IMG/VR virus record: IMGVR_UViG_3300021085_001452
Location: 1-54,642 of that record
Strand: one strand, 5' to 3'
DNA: 54,642 nucleotides
From: a virus
Lineage: Duplodnaviria; Caudoviricetes
Shown here: one piece after another, positions 36,922-46,540 of the stretch
Layout of the letters: each line of letters opens with the position of its first letter
Position numbering within the stretch: position 1 is the stretch's first letter
Notes under the pieces: generated by a model
What the model saw: only the letters and a program-made list of their open reading frames with translations
Databases searched by the model: none
Told to the model about the DNA's origin: nothing
Position numbers and translations under genes: made by a program

Positions 36922-37783
36922 TTATAGTCAGATCGCACTATCCAACATCATAGTGCAAAAATTAAATGATGAAGATATGATAAGACACATGATACTAAAC
37001 AGTATTCGAATGTACAATAAAAAGTATCGTGGTGAATACGGCCAAATGGTGATCTGTGCTGACGGCATGAATACATGGAGAAGAGATTATTTTCCAGAGT
37101 ATAAAGCCAATAGAAGAAAAGGTAGAAGTGAAGATACTGGAACAGACTGGAACGAAATCTTTAGAATACTTAATTTAGTTAGAGAAGAGATTTCCCAAAA
37201 CTTACCTTATAAAGTATTACATATGGAAGGCTGTGAGGCAGATGATATTATCGGTACACTTGCTATGCAAACCCAAGAGTTTGGCCAACACGAACCAGTT
37301 ATGATTATATCATCAGATAAAGATTTTATTCAGTTACAAAGATATAAAAATGTAAAGCAGTTTTCACCAATTCAAAAGAAACAAGTATTAGATGAAGCTC
37401 CTATCACTTATCTTTGGAATCATATCTTTAGAGGAGATGGCGGTGATGGAATTCCCAATGTATTATCTGCAGATAACACCTTTATCACAGAAGGTGCCAA
37501 ACAAACTCCACTAAGACAAACTAGAATTGATGAGTGGATAAATAATGCAGAAGACCTTAGAAGAATTATGCCAGAAGAGCTATATAGAAATTATCAACGT
37601 AATAAAAAACTTATAGACTTAACTGAAATACCTGAGGACATTCAAAAAAGTATTATAAATAACTATAACGAGCAAAAACTTCCTATGAGGATGAAAGTGC
37701 TAAATTATCTTATAAAGAAAAGATGTAAATTATTGATTGAAGTAGTGGAGGAATTTTACAACAATGAAATTATTATTAAGTGA
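36908..37783 (+). CDS. rnh: T4-type RNase H / 5'-3' exonuclease
   Basis: ILLD, WRR..PEYKANR, EADD, SSDKDF.QL, GDGGDGIPN. Confidence 0.92.
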   Translation: MILLDYSQIALSNIIVQKLNDEDMIRHMILNSIRMYNKKYRGEYGQMVICADGMNTWRRDYFPEYKANRRKGRSEDTGTDWNEIFRILNLVREEISQNLPYKVLHMEGCEADDIIGTLAMQTQEFGQHEPVMIISSDKDFIQLQRYKNVKQFSPIQKKQVLDEAPITYLWNHIFRGDGGDGIPNVLSADNTFITEGAKQTPLRQTRIDEWINNAEDLRRIMPEELYRNYQRNKKLIDLTEIPEDIQKSIINNYNEQKLPMRMKVLNYLIKKRCKLLIEVVEEFYNNEIIIK

Positions 37784-38189
37784 AGTGTTTGAAAAAGCAA
37801 GTAAACTAAAAACTAAAAAAGAAAGAATTGCCTTTCTTAGGCAAAATGAAAGTCCCGCATTAAGGGATATTATAAGAATCAATTATGATGATTCTATCGT
37901 GTGTTTGTTACCTAAAGGAGCTCCTCCTTATAAAGCAGACGATGCACCTATCGGAAAAGAAATGGTCAGGTTACATAAGAAATATAGAAGTTTTAAATTT
38001 TTCTTTAATGGCCCAACCGGTAGAGGTGTTAACCCTATCAAAAGAGAATCAATGTTCATTAAGCTATTGGAGTCATTACATGCTTCAGAAGCTAAATTGT
38101 TGGTATTAGCGAAAGACAAGAAAATGAAATATACTGGCGTCACGAAGAAACTTTGTCAGGACACGTTTCCTGGTTTGATAACAAAGTAG
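37764..38189 (+). CDS. Conserved T4-like hypothetical protein
   Basis: LP.G.PPY..KRE.MFI.LLE.LH..EA; TATAAATA at 37654. Confidence 0.7.
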   Translation: MKLLLSEVFEKASKLKTKKERIAFLRQNESPALRDIIRINYDDSIVCLLPKGAPPYKADDAPIGKEMVRLHKKYRSFKFFFNGPTGRGVNPIKRESMFIKLLESLHASEAKLLVLAKDKKMKYTGVTKKLCQDTFPGLITK

Positions 38190-38238
38190 AGTGTTCTATA
38201 TGATGGTTTTAATTTCAACTTATTTAAAGGAGCTGTTT

Positions 38239-38397
38239 ATGAGTAAAGAAATTGAACGTCTAAAGCGAGATAAGCGAGAGACATTATACTATCAGAAGAG
38301 ATTATTAAAGAAGGGTAAATCGGATCTAGCATATAAGATGCAAAAGAAAGCAGATTATATAACAGAAACAATTCGATTTATGCAGCAAGCCAGTTAA
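38239..38397 (+). CDS. Small basic helical protein
   Basis: AAGGAG RBS, MSKEIERLKRDK... Confidence 0.6.
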   Translation: MSKEIERLKRDKRETLYYQKRLLKKGKSDLAYKMQKKADYITETIRFMQQAS

Positions 38398-38416
38398 GTA
38401 GGAGGTTAATGAAGTG

Positions 38417-38477
38417 ACCCCCTTTGCGAAATTAATTTTAAAAAGGGGTTTACTTTTTATCGGATATGTAGTATAAT
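38417..38477 (+). promoter_or_regulatory. Hairpin overlapping an early promoter
   Basis: ACCCCCTTT...AAAGGGGT inverted repeat ending at TTTACT(38449)-N17-TATAAT(38472). Confidence 0.65.
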
Positions 38478-38515
38478 AGTACTCATATAAAGAAGAAAGT
38501 AAACCAAATTATACT

Positions 38516-39073
38516 ATGAATATATTTATTTTAAACGAAGACCCTATCAAAGCAGCACAAGATCAGTGCGATAAACACGTGGTCAAGATGATTGTAGAAT
38601 CAGCACAGATGTTATCTACAGTGCACAGAATGCTTGATGGTACTATAGAAACAAGAAAGTCTAAGTCAGGTAAGACAAACGTAAAGTATTGGAAACTAGA
38701 TGGTTACCGAGAAAATCTATTGTACAAGGCAGTACATATGAACCATCCATGCACTGTTTGGACTAGAGAATCCTCTTCCAACTACAGATGGCATTACGAA
38801 CACTTTGTGGCCTTATGTAGAGAATATACTTACCGATATGGTAAGATACACAAAACAGAAGAGTTACTAGGCCTAGAGCTAGGACTACTACCAAAAAATA
38901 TTCCTATGGCAGATTATACACCATTTAAATTGGCCATGGGTTCTAATCCAGAATGTATGTTTGAAGATCCAGTAAAATCTTACCGTGCATTTTACAAAAC
39001 AAAACAAGAGAGATTCAAAATGGAATGGACTAAAAGACAAGTGCCGGGGTGGTTTAATTATGCCTCTATATGA
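38516..39073 (+). CDS. Pyrimidine-dimer DNA glycosylase (DenV)-family protein
   Basis: MNIF.L...CDKHVVKMIVESAQML, HMNHPC..W, EYTYRYGKIH. Confidence 0.75.
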   Translation: MNIFILNEDPIKAAQDQCDKHVVKMIVESAQMLSTVHRMLDGTIETRKSKSGKTNVKYWKLDGYRENLLYKAVHMNHPCTVWTRESSSNYRWHYEHFVALCREYTYRYGKIHKTEELLGLELGLLPKNIPMADYTPFKLAMGSNPECMFEDPVKSYRAFYKTKQERFKMEWTKRQVPGWFNYASI

Positions 39074-39308
39074 TTTTGAAAATATAAAGACTGGAGAAGT
39101 AAAAGAACTCAATATCTCTTTATCGGAGTATGATGATTTCTTAAAAGAAAATCCAGAACTTAAAAGAGTTATCTTAACAGCACCTAAACTTGGCAGTAAG
39201 GGAACACAAGGTGCACTTTCTAAAGCAGGAGATGGCTGGAAAGAAGTACAGGATAGAATTAAATCGGGTATGCCGCCCAAAGATAAACATAGGATTCGAA
39301 CTAAATGA
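39060..39308 (+). CDS. FmdB-like small protein lacking cysteines
   Basis: MPLYDF...TGE..E; directly before phoH. Confidence 0.6.
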   Translation: MPLYDFENIKTGEVKELNISLSEYDDFLKENPELKRVILTAPKLGSKGTQGALSKAGDGWKEVQDRIKSGMPPKDKHRIRTK

Positions 39309-40000
39309 GTACACAATTTAGGCCAAATAAATTGCGACTGGAACATCTACATACAAGAGAACCTCTTACTGCAAATCAAAAAGAGGCCTTTCAATCATAT
39401 AAGTCAGGTCAACATCTGGCACTCATAGGTGCTGCAGGAACAGGTAAAACATTTATTGCATCTTATCTTGCATTAGAAGAAGTATTAGATAAATCTAATG
39501 CCTATGAAAAAATTATATATGTAAGATCAGCAGTACCTACTAGGGATATGGGCTTCTTACCTGGGACTCAGGAAGAGAAAGAAGAAGCTTATAAGGCACC
39601 ATATAAAGCTATCGTTGATGAACTCTTTGAAGAAACAGGAGCATGGGATAAGTTAATTAATAATAAAGCAATAGAATATCTTACTACATCTTATATAAGA
39701 GGCTTAACTATTCAGAATGCAATTGTTATAATTGATGAGGCTCAGAACTGTAACTACCACGAATTATGTTCCATTATTACAAGACTTGGTAACAATACAA
39801 AGTTAGTAGTATGTGGAGATCATTATCAATCAGACTTTAGAACGGAGAAAGATAAAGAAGGTTTAAATGGCTTTCTATATATTCTTAAACACATGAAATA
39901 CTTTGACATTATTGATTTTACATGGGAAGACATTGTAAGATCAGGCTTAGTTAGAGATTTCTTAATGACCAAAGATTTGGTCGATCAAGGAAAATTATGA
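39305..40000 (+). CDS. phoH: PhoH-family ATPase
   Basis: GAAGTGKT, GFLPG, RGLT, IDEAQN, TRLG, GD..QSD, DIVRS. Confidence 0.93.
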   Translation: MSTQFRPNKLRLEHLHTREPLTANQKEAFQSYKSGQHLALIGAAGTGKTFIASYLALEEVLDKSNAYEKIIYVRSAVPTRDMGFLPGTQEEKEEAYKAPYKAIVDELFEETGAWDKLINNKAIEYLTTSYIRGLTIQNAIVIIDEAQNCNYHELCSIITRLGNNTKLVVCGDHYQSDFRTEKDKEGLNGFLYILKHMKYFDIIDFTWEDIVRSGLVRDFLMTKDLVDQGKL

Positions 40001-40689
40001 ACTTTATACATGAACCAATTGACTTAGGTTATGAAGATTTAAAAGCGACCACTTCCGAAGGGAAAGGAAGGGTATATAAGACGCCGGACGGTAAACAGTA
40101 CCCCAGTGTTACAACTGTACTTTCTATATTAAGTAGAGAGCACATACAAGCGTGGAGAGCGCGAGTAGGTGAAGAAGAGGCAAACAAGATTAGTAGAGTT
40201 GCCTCTAGCAGAGGTACAGCCGTCCACGCAATACTTGAAAAGTATGTAGATAATGACCCGAACTATACCGAAGGTTATATGCCACATATTATCCAATCCT
40301 TTCAAGATGTAAAATCTATATTAGATAATAACCTAAATAAAGTTTATTCTCAAGAGGCACCTTTATATTCACAACACTTAGAACTAGCTGGTAGAGTAGA
40401 CTGTGTTGGTGTATGGAATGGGGTAAACTCTATCATTGATTATAAAACATCACGTAAGCCTAAAAAGAAAGAATGGATTACTGGTTACTTCTTACAATGT
40501 GCAGCGTATGCAATTATGTGGGAAGAAAGAACAGGGATGCCAATTACTCAACTTGTAATTATGATTGCAGTAGATAATGAGGACCCACAAGTTTTTATCG
40601 AGCACAGAGATAACTGGACTGATAAATTATGGGATACTATTAAACAGTATCAAAAAGAAAAACGCATGGAAAATGTATTCGGAAAATAG
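39997..40689 (+). CDS. PD-(D/E)XK exonuclease
   Basis: YPSVTTVL, RGTAVH, AGRVDC, IIDYKT, Q.AAYA. Confidence 0.85.
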   Translation: MNFIHEPIDLGYEDLKATTSEGKGRVYKTPDGKQYPSVTTVLSILSREHIQAWRARVGEEEANKISRVASSRGTAVHAILEKYVDNDPNYTEGYMPHIIQSFQDVKSILDNNLNKVYSQEAPLYSQHLELAGRVDCVGVWNGVNSIIDYKTSRKPKKKEWITGYFLQCAAYAIMWEERTGMPITQLVIMIAVDNEDPQVFIEHRDNWTDKLWDTIKQYQKEKRMENVFGK

Positions 40690-40699
40690 GAGGAAAAAA

Positions 40700-41227
40700 A
40701 TGTATATATTAGGAGTAGGGAATGAATTCCCACCATTTAATTTACAAGGTGTAGATAAAGACAATCAGCTTGTAAATGTAAAAGTAGAAGAAAATTATCA
40801 ACCATTAAAGCATGATTGGTCAGTAATTTACTTTTATCCAAAAGACTTCACCTTTATTTGTCCCACAGAAATTGCTGGAATGGATAAATTAGTAGATGAG
40901 GCAAACGTAATTGGTATTTCAGGAGATAATGAATTCTGTAAACTAGCTTGGAAACAATCTAATGAACTCATTGGAAATATTCAACATACCCTAGCGGCAG
41001 ATTGTGGATTAGATTTATCTTCTCAGTTAGGAATTGTTAATGCAGAGGAAGGGGTTTGTTATAGGGCAACTTTTATCATGGATAAAAATAGAGTAATTCA
41101 GCATGTATCAGTTAATGCATTAGATACTGGTAGAAATGCTGATGAAGTATTAAGAACTTTACAAGCACTAAAGGCAGGTGGTCTTACTGGTTGTAGTTGG
41201 AATCCAGGGGAGGATTTTGTAGCATGA
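40700..41227 (+). CDS. ahpC: 2-Cys peroxiredoxin (AhpC/TSA)
   Basis: FYPKDFTFICPTE, RATFI, GRNADE, C-terminal GCSW; AGGAGG RBS. Confidence 0.9.
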   Translation: MYILGVGNEFPPFNLQGVDKDNQLVNVKVEENYQPLKHDWSVIYFYPKDFTFICPTEIAGMDKLVDEANVIGISGDNEFCKLAWKQSNELIGNIQHTLAADCGLDLSSQLGIVNAEEGVCYRATFIMDKNRVIQHVSVNALDTGRNADEVLRTLQALKAGGLTGCSWNPGEDFVA

Positions 41228-41421
41228 ATTATTTATTAGTAGCTCTTAAAGCAAAACTAGAAGGTGAAATTGAAGTAGCCAAAGCAAACGTAATGGTATA
41301 TACTAGAAATGCTGCGGGTATTGGAGAACATCCAGATGTAGTAGAAGCTATTGAAACCCAGATCTCAAAGATCGCAGAGGCAGAAGATAAGCTAGAAACA
41401 ATTAATAAACACTTTAACTAA
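41224..41421 (+). CDS. Small conserved phage protein
   Basis: GIGEHPD motif, helical. Confidence 0.7.
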   Translation: MNYLLVALKAKLEGEIEVAKANVMVYTRNAAGIGEHPDVVEAIETQISKIAEAEDKLETINKHFN

Positions 41422-41427
41422 ACCTAT

Positions 41428-41467
41428 TGTTACATTTATGTTACAACTTTGTTACATTTATGTAAAA
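41428..41467. repeat. 4 x TGTWACA-like at 11-bp period (operator-like)
   Basis: TGTTACA 41428, 41439, 41450; TGTAAAA 41461. Confidence 0.85.
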
Positions 41468-41481
41468 TTTTAAAAAAACAC

Positions 41482-41510
41482 TTTACATTTGTATAAAAGT
41501 GTATTATAAT
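41482..41510 (+). promoter_or_regulatory. sigma70-type early promoter
   Basis: TTTACA-N17-TATAAT. Confidence 0.8.
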
Positions 41511-41543
41511 AGTATAGTAAAATTAGTTAAAAGGAGTTAAATT

Positions 41544-41774
41544 ATGAAAAAAGTTATTATAAAAGGAAATCCAATTATTAATGGATTGGTTAAATATGAT
41601 GCTGAATGTGAAGTACCAGTACCTAGCGAGTTAGTAGAATTGGCATTATCAAAGAATGTCGGAGACTGGGATAAAATGTGTAACTCATTACCTAACTTTG
41701 GATTTATGAATCCTATAGGCAAGTTACATATCTCTTGTTTAGTAATAGATGGAAAGGAAGTGGTGTTCCATTGA
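41544..41774 (+). CDS. Early hypothetical protein
   Basis: AAGGAG RBS, own promoter. Confidence 0.7.
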   Translation: MKKVIIKGNPIINGLVKYDAECEVPVPSELVELALSKNVGDWDKMCNSLPNFGFMNPIGKLHISCLVIDGKEVVFH

Positions 41775-41775
41775 T

Positions 41776-41783
41776 TATAAATA
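41776..41783 (+). promoter_or_regulatory. T4-type late promoter
   Basis: TATAAATA 5 nt before ATG 41789. Confidence 0.6.
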
Positions 41784-41788
41784 GTAAC

Positions 41789-42370
41789 ATGAAAGATAAT
41801 ATAGTTTTAGTAGACTGCGATGGTGTTCTCTGTGATTGGGAATATTCATTCACTCAGTGGATAAACCATAAAGGATATCCTACAAGTAAGTATAACGAGT
41901 ATAACGTAGCAAAAAGATTTAACATAACACCCGAGTTTGGTAAAAAGTGTGTTGAAGAATTTAATGAGTCTGCGGCAATTGCATTCTTACCACCTCTAAG
42001 AGATGCAGTGTATTATATGAAAAGATTAAATATGTTACACGGATATAAATTCCATTGTATTACATCTTTATCTACAAATAAATATGCTCAGAAACTAAGA
42101 ATACAAAATTTAGAATTGCTATTTGGTAAAGAAATCTGGGACGATTTTATATTTTTACCATGTGGTGCAGATAAAGATGAAGAGCTCAAAAAGTACCAAG
42201 GGTCAAATTGTTACTGGGTAGAAGATAAACCAGAAAATGCAGAAACAGGTGCAAGGTTTGGTCTTAATTCTATCCTTGTAGCTCATGACCATAATGCTTT
42301 TTATAAGGGTGATATACCAAGATATTGGAAATGGAAAGATATCTATAGACACATAGTGGGGAATGATTAA
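41789..42370 (+). CDS. HAD-superfamily nucleotidase-like protein (T4 30.2-like)
   Basis: LVDCDGVL, CITS, WVEDK. Confidence 0.8.
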   Translation: MKDNIVLVDCDGVLCDWEYSFTQWINHKGYPTSKYNEYNVAKRFNITPEFGKKCVEEFNESAAIAFLPPLRDAVYYMKRLNMLHGYKFHCITSLSTNKYAQKLRIQNLELLFGKEIWDDFIFLPCGADKDEELKKYQGSNCYWVEDKPENAETGARFGLNSILVAHDHNAFYKGDIPRYWKWKDIYRHIVGND

Positions 42371-42573
42371 TGCCAGTAAAATTTAAACCATCTCAAACAG
42401 TAAGAGATAAAAAGACGGGAAAGAATAAAACAGAAAACTTCTACATGAAGACTATGCCAAAGCAAGAATTATTTGATTATATCAATAGTTCAAATGGTAA
42501 GCCAAAAGTTAAACAAAAATGCCAAAACGAATTAGTTAGGCGAGGGGTAAAAATTGTCTGGAGCGCGAAATAA
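42370..42573 (+). CDS. Small basic hypothetical protein
   Basis: TAATG coupling; NELVRRG. Confidence 0.6.
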   Translation: MPVKFKPSQTVRDKKTGKNKTENFYMKTMPKQELFDYINSSNGKPKVKQKCQNELVRRGVKIVWSAK

Positions 42574-42724
42574 GTTTTGGAGAATATGGGCATTATCTTT
42601 AGGAGAAAAGTTAGGAAAAACTAATAGTGAAGCCGATAAGATTGCACTAATTAGAACAATAATAGTAGTAGTAAATTTTATAACTTGCTTTTTTATTATG
42701 GCAGGTGTGATACACAATTGGTAA
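42554..42724 (+). CDS. Small membrane protein (56 aa, TTG start)
   Basis: FWRIWALSLGEK...ADKIALIRTIIVVVNFITCFFIMAGVIHNW*. Confidence 0.55.
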   Translation: MSGARNKFWRIWALSLGEKLGKTNSEADKIALIRTIIVVVNFITCFFIMAGVIHNW

Positions 42725-42731
42725 AAATATA

Positions 42732-42983
42732 ATGGAAAGATTAGAAGAAGTATTAGTAATTACTATGGAAGAGTGCGGAGAACTTACTCAAGCCTGTAGT
42801 AAAGTAATTAGAACAGACGGATTAAAAGAAAATTTTTTAGAAAACCTTAGGGATGAAATCGGAGATCTTGCTCTAATGATAGAAGTTCTAAAACAATATG
42901 GATTTGTTACAGAAGAACAGATACAAGAAAGAATGGAAGTTAAGAGAAACAAATTAAAAAAGTGGAGTAATATCTTTGACTAA
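42732..42983 (+). CDS. MazG-like nucleotide pyrophosphohydrolase
   Basis: MEECGELTQACSK...DEIGD. Confidence 0.75.
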   Translation: MERLEEVLVITMEECGELTQACSKVIRTDGLKENFLENLRDEIGDLALMIEVLKQYGFVTEEQIQERMEVKRNKLKKWSNIFD

Positions 42984-43128
42984 ACAATGGCACGGAGGTA
43001 AAGGATCTAAAACAAGACCTACCGATCGTGATAAATATAACGATAACTGGGATAGAATCTTTAATAAAGGAAAGAAAGATGGCGAAGAAAGTAAGACGGC
43101 CACAAAAATCAAAAAGATTAAAAACTAG
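42976..43128 (+). CDS. Small basic peptide (50 aa, TTG start)
   Basis: WHGGKGSKTRPTDRDKYNDNWDRIF; GGAG upstream. Confidence 0.5.
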   Translation: MTKQWHGGKGSKTRPTDRDKYNDNWDRIFNKGKKDGEESKTATKIKKIKN

Positions 43129-43255
43129 ATACCATAAAGTTTTATGGGATAGTAACCTGCCATTTAACCATAAAGTTATACCAAATAAAAAGAAACAAAA
43201 TAAAAGAAAAGAGAATAAAAACCTTATAAATAGTTTAATAGAGGAACAAATATGA
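43079..43255 (+). CDS. Small highly basic protein (weakly ArfA-like)
   Basis: KVLWDSNLPFNHKVIPNKKK. Confidence 0.5.
   Translation: MAKKVRRPQKSKRLKTRYHKVLWDSNLPFNHKVIPNKKKQNKRKENKNLINSLIEEQI
43225..43232 (+). promoter_or_regulatory. T4-type late promoter
   Basis: TATAAATA upstream of the putative structural genes. Confidence 0.6.
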
Positions 43256-43518
43256 GTAATGATTTATTAGACTTTGACTTCGGGTTTACTGCAGTAGATG
43301 AAGATGAATTAGAAGCAGTACAGAGTGTAAAAACTCAGGCTTCTACTGCGTCTGCTAATGTACAGGAATTAGAAGATAAACTTAACAAATTATATAACAG
43401 CATTCTGCCACTTCTAAGCAACTTAAAGAAGAATCCAGACAAAGAATATATATTATGGCCAAATAGAGTTGAGAAGATCGAGCAGTTTGAAGATTTAATA
43501 TCGGGGATAATTAAGTAA
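43252..43518 (+). CDS. Conserved hypothetical protein
   Basis: FDFGFTAVDEDEL...PLL.NLKKNP.KEYI.WPNR. Confidence 0.7.
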   Translation: MSNDLLDFDFGFTAVDEDELEAVQSVKTQASTASANVQELEDKLNKLYNSILPLLSNLKKNPDKEYILWPNRVEKIEQFEDLISGIIK

Positions 43519-44960
43519 TGGCACTAGTATCATCAGGAAGTCAAATATTACTAAAAGGTACAGGCGATACTAATCCTTCAGGCCAAACCTTTTATTTAGA
43601 CACAACAATTACGTCAGCAAGTACATCATTGCAAGTAAAAGGATTTACACGTACACAAGAAAATTCAGATGTCTTTTATACCGCGTTTAACACTTTAACA
43701 GGAACTATATACGGATATAAAACATCACAAACTACTGAGTATAATGGAACCAATAGATTGGCTAGAGGATTTGATGATACTAATCCTTCGGTAAATTTTT
43801 CAAGTGGTGCAGTCCTTGGTTCAGGATTCATGGATGATATTGGTTGGTTTGGTAATACACCTGCAGGTGGCCTCGGAGGAACATGGTGGACGGCTAAGGG
43901 TGTTGTAGGTATTAGCTTAGGTACAGATGAAAACTCATTAGGAAGTATATCAACTCAGTCATATACTGGTGGTGGATCAGTAGGGACATTAGAAGTTCAT
44001 AACTTTGGTTGGTTTAATAATAGTTCAAATACCTATCCTAATGGTACAGTATTAAATACACAAGGAGAAGGAAATTGGATAATGTTATTATTGAAAAATA
44101 CTAGTGCATCTCCACCAGATAGTAATGATTCTTTTTATAGCGTAATTATTAATGGCCAAGAATTTTTAAGAACTGATGCATCAGTTACTACATCACAAGC
44201 TTCTAATGCGGCGAATGATAGTAATGTTTCATCTGGTACACATTATTATAGAACCTGGTTATGGTCTGGAGCTGATGTTACTGATTCAGATTTATCAGCC
44301 ATAGGAACAACAGGTAGTAAAACATTTAAACTTACTCAAGGTGCTAGTTCAACACTTAATACAGGCATTTCAGAAGAAATGTCAGGCAACACAGATACTG
44401 ATCCAATTGAGTTTAGTGATTATTATAAAGCTGGTACTTTTCATAATACAACAGGTATACCTACAAGTGGAGAAATAAAATTTAGTGAGTTTTATGGAAA
44501 GACAAGAACACCATTAGTATCAGCAATTATGGGCGCGACTATCACAAATGGCCATGATTCAGGCCAATATCACTTTAGTAATGGATTTAATGGGATTAGT
44601 GCTATTGGTAGTGCCACTGGCACAAGCTTATCAGGAACAGTTGGTGGGCAGACTGGTTGTATTATGTCGAGCATTTTGAATACAAATGGAATCCTATATT
44701 TTCAATATATAAAATCTGGATTTTCAGGATCCTTTACTAATACTGGATGGACAACTTTAAAAGTATATTTAGGGCAAAGTAATAATAGTGGTAGTGCAGA
44801 TTTAACTTTGGCCAGAACAGCATTTAGTTTTACTAGTACCAATGGAATCGCATACTATAGTTACAATGGAAGTTCGCCTTCAGTAGGTTCTCCATCCTCT
44901 ACTGCCAGTGGAGCTATTTTTGGCGCATCCGGCGGTACACACTTTATAGAGATAATATAG
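43518..44960 (+). CDS. Ser/Thr/Gly-rich virion structural (tail-fibre-like) protein
   Basis: Beta-rich composition; PIEFSDYY and IPTSGEIKFSEFYG motifs; late promoter. Confidence 0.6.
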   Translation: MALVSSGSQILLKGTGDTNPSGQTFYLDTTITSASTSLQVKGFTRTQENSDVFYTAFNTLTGTIYGYKTSQTTEYNGTNRLARGFDDTNPSVNFSSGAVLGSGFMDDIGWFGNTPAGGLGGTWWTAKGVVGISLGTDENSLGSISTQSYTGGGSVGTLEVHNFGWFNNSSNTYPNGTVLNTQGEGNWIMLLLKNTSASPPDSNDSFYSVIINGQEFLRTDASVTTSQASNAANDSNVSSGTHYYRTWLWSGADVTDSDLSAIGTTGSKTFKLTQGASSTLNTGISEEMSGNTDTDPIEFSDYYKAGTFHNTTGIPTSGEIKFSEFYGKTRTPLVSAIMGATITNGHDSGQYHFSNGFNGISAIGSATGTSLSGTVGGQTGCIMSSILNTNGILYFQYIKSGFSGSFTNTGWTTLKVYLGQSNNSGSADLTLARTAFSFTSTNGIAYYSYNGSSPSVGSPSSTASGAIFGASGGTHFIEII

Positions 44961-45857
44961 ATGGCATACACATATACACATACAAAAAATCCAGAAAGCC
45001 CAAGTGGATATACTACAAAGATTACTGATAGTAATGGATTGTGGATAGAAACTTCATCTGTAATATATAATACTGAAATTTTTAAAGGTGATTATAATTG
45101 GGGTCTAGTAGGCGAAATAGATGAAATGTTGACTGAAAGGAAAGCATTAAAAGCTTATCACGAAACAATAGGTTCTGTAAACTCTCAAATGGAAAGAGTA
45201 AAGACCATTAATACTTCTCAAGTTATGGATACTACTTATATGGGTGGAAGTTCAGCAAGAGTAGATTATGCAGTAGGTACAACTCAAGGCCAGGCCATAG
45301 TAACTAAATTAGAAGCTACATGGCCAGATGAAGTAGCTTCTTATGATAATAATAATCAGAATCTAGTTTCAGAATATACTGCAGCAAGACCACCTTATGA
45401 TAACAATCCTTGTATCTCATTCTATAATTTTGATGAACCAACCAATACAATTAAAACAGCATTCAATGCAACTTACGAAGAATATAAATCTTGGTACGGC
45501 CTTAAATTTGATACAGTAACTGAAACAGTTTTGGCAAAGTTTGTAATTCCAGATGAAGAAATGAAAAATGCGGACATTGATACATGGCAGGAAATACATG
45601 ATTTATTACCTGTGTGTAGTTATACATTCTTTGCTAGAATACATGATAAAGATGAAAACATTGATGAAAATGTTGATGTTTATTTTCAAGCAGATGCAAT
45701 AGTAATGCAAGAATGGTGTACCGCAAACTCTTATACTTTCCCATATGATACCGATGATGATACTATAGAACCAATATTATTTATTTGGGGTTGTGTATAT
45801 AATACTACATCTAAGGAAATTACTCATGTTAAAGCTTACACAAGAACAACTGTTTAA
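44961..45857 (+). CDS. Hypothetical acidic protein
   Basis: 298-aa ORF abutting the fibre-like gene. Confidence 0.7.
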   Translation: MAYTYTHTKNPESPSGYTTKITDSNGLWIETSSVIYNTEIFKGDYNWGLVGEIDEMLTERKALKAYHETIGSVNSQMERVKTINTSQVMDTTYMGGSSARVDYAVGTTQGQAIVTKLEATWPDEVASYDNNNQNLVSEYTAARPPYDNNPCISFYNFDEPTNTIKTAFNATYEEYKSWYGLKFDTVTETVLAKFVIPDEEMKNADIDTWQEIHDLLPVCSYTFFARIHDKDENIDENVDVYFQADAIVMQEWCTANSYTFPYDTDDDTIEPILFIWGCVYNTTSKEITHVKAYTRTTV

Positions 45858-45976
45858 GGAAGTAGATAAAGTATTTTGGCAAACAGTTGAATATGAGAGA
45901 ATGTTATTTGAAAAAAATAGCAAAAAGAATGAGGAAAAAAATGGCAATATGGTTTATGAAGGAACAGGAAACAACA

Positions 45977-46423
45977 ATGAATAGAGAAAAAGTATTTGAG
46001 CAATTAAAAGAGGACGAAGGGGTCGTATATGCAATATATAAAGATCATCTGGGATATCCTACTTTTGGGGTGGGACACTTGGTACTCGACTCTGATCCGG
46101 AACACGGATCTGAAGTTGGCACTTTGGTTTCCGAAGAGCGAGTTAAAGAATGCTTCGAGCGTGATCTCGATATCGCCGTCGAAGAATGTAATCAGCTATA
46201 CGAAGGAGGGGAATTTAGTAACTTACCCGACGAAGTCCAGCAGATATTGGTCAACATGATGTTTAATATGGGTAGAACCAGATTAAGTAAATTTAAGAAA
46301 ATGCACGCGGCTATACTAAAGGGTGACTGGAAAGAGGCCGCAGTTGAGGGGAGAGATTCAAGATGGTACAAACAAGTGACAAACAGGGCGGAGAGACTCA
46401 TGTCGAGACTCGAGGCAGTGTAA
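45977..46423 (+). CDS. T4-lysozyme-like muramidase (GH24)
   Basis: DEG....YKDHLGYPTFGVGH (E-D-T triad), NMMFNMG, SRWYKQVTNRA; alternative start 45941. Confidence 0.88.
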   Translation: MNREKVFEQLKEDEGVVYAIYKDHLGYPTFGVGHLVLDSDPEHGSEVGTLVSEERVKECFERDLDIAVEECNQLYEGGEFSNLPDEVQQILVNMMFNMGRTRLSKFKKMHAAILKGDWKEAAVEGRDSRWYKQVTNRAERLMSRLEAV

Positions 46424-46540
46424 GATATTATCATACCAACGAAGAACAAACAAGTATGGGCTGGTATTGGTGTCATGATAAACAAGGATTTTTCAGACAC
46501 TCAGATTGGCATCTAACTAGAAAAGAAATGGAGAATAAAT

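Noticed and set aside
39997-40689. Exonuclease as Cas4 of a CRISPR system
   Set aside because: No Fe-S cysteine set, no cas neighbours; ordinary T4-like PD-(D/E)XK exonuclease.
41428-41467. Short tandem repeats as a CRISPR array
   Set aside because: 7-bp units with 4-bp spacers; no 23-47-bp repeats with unique spacers were seen anywhere in the window.
46029-46259. Alternate-frame ORF embedded in the lysozyme gene
   Set aside because: No lipobox, TM segment or motif; the higher GC of this gene alone can explain the open frame.
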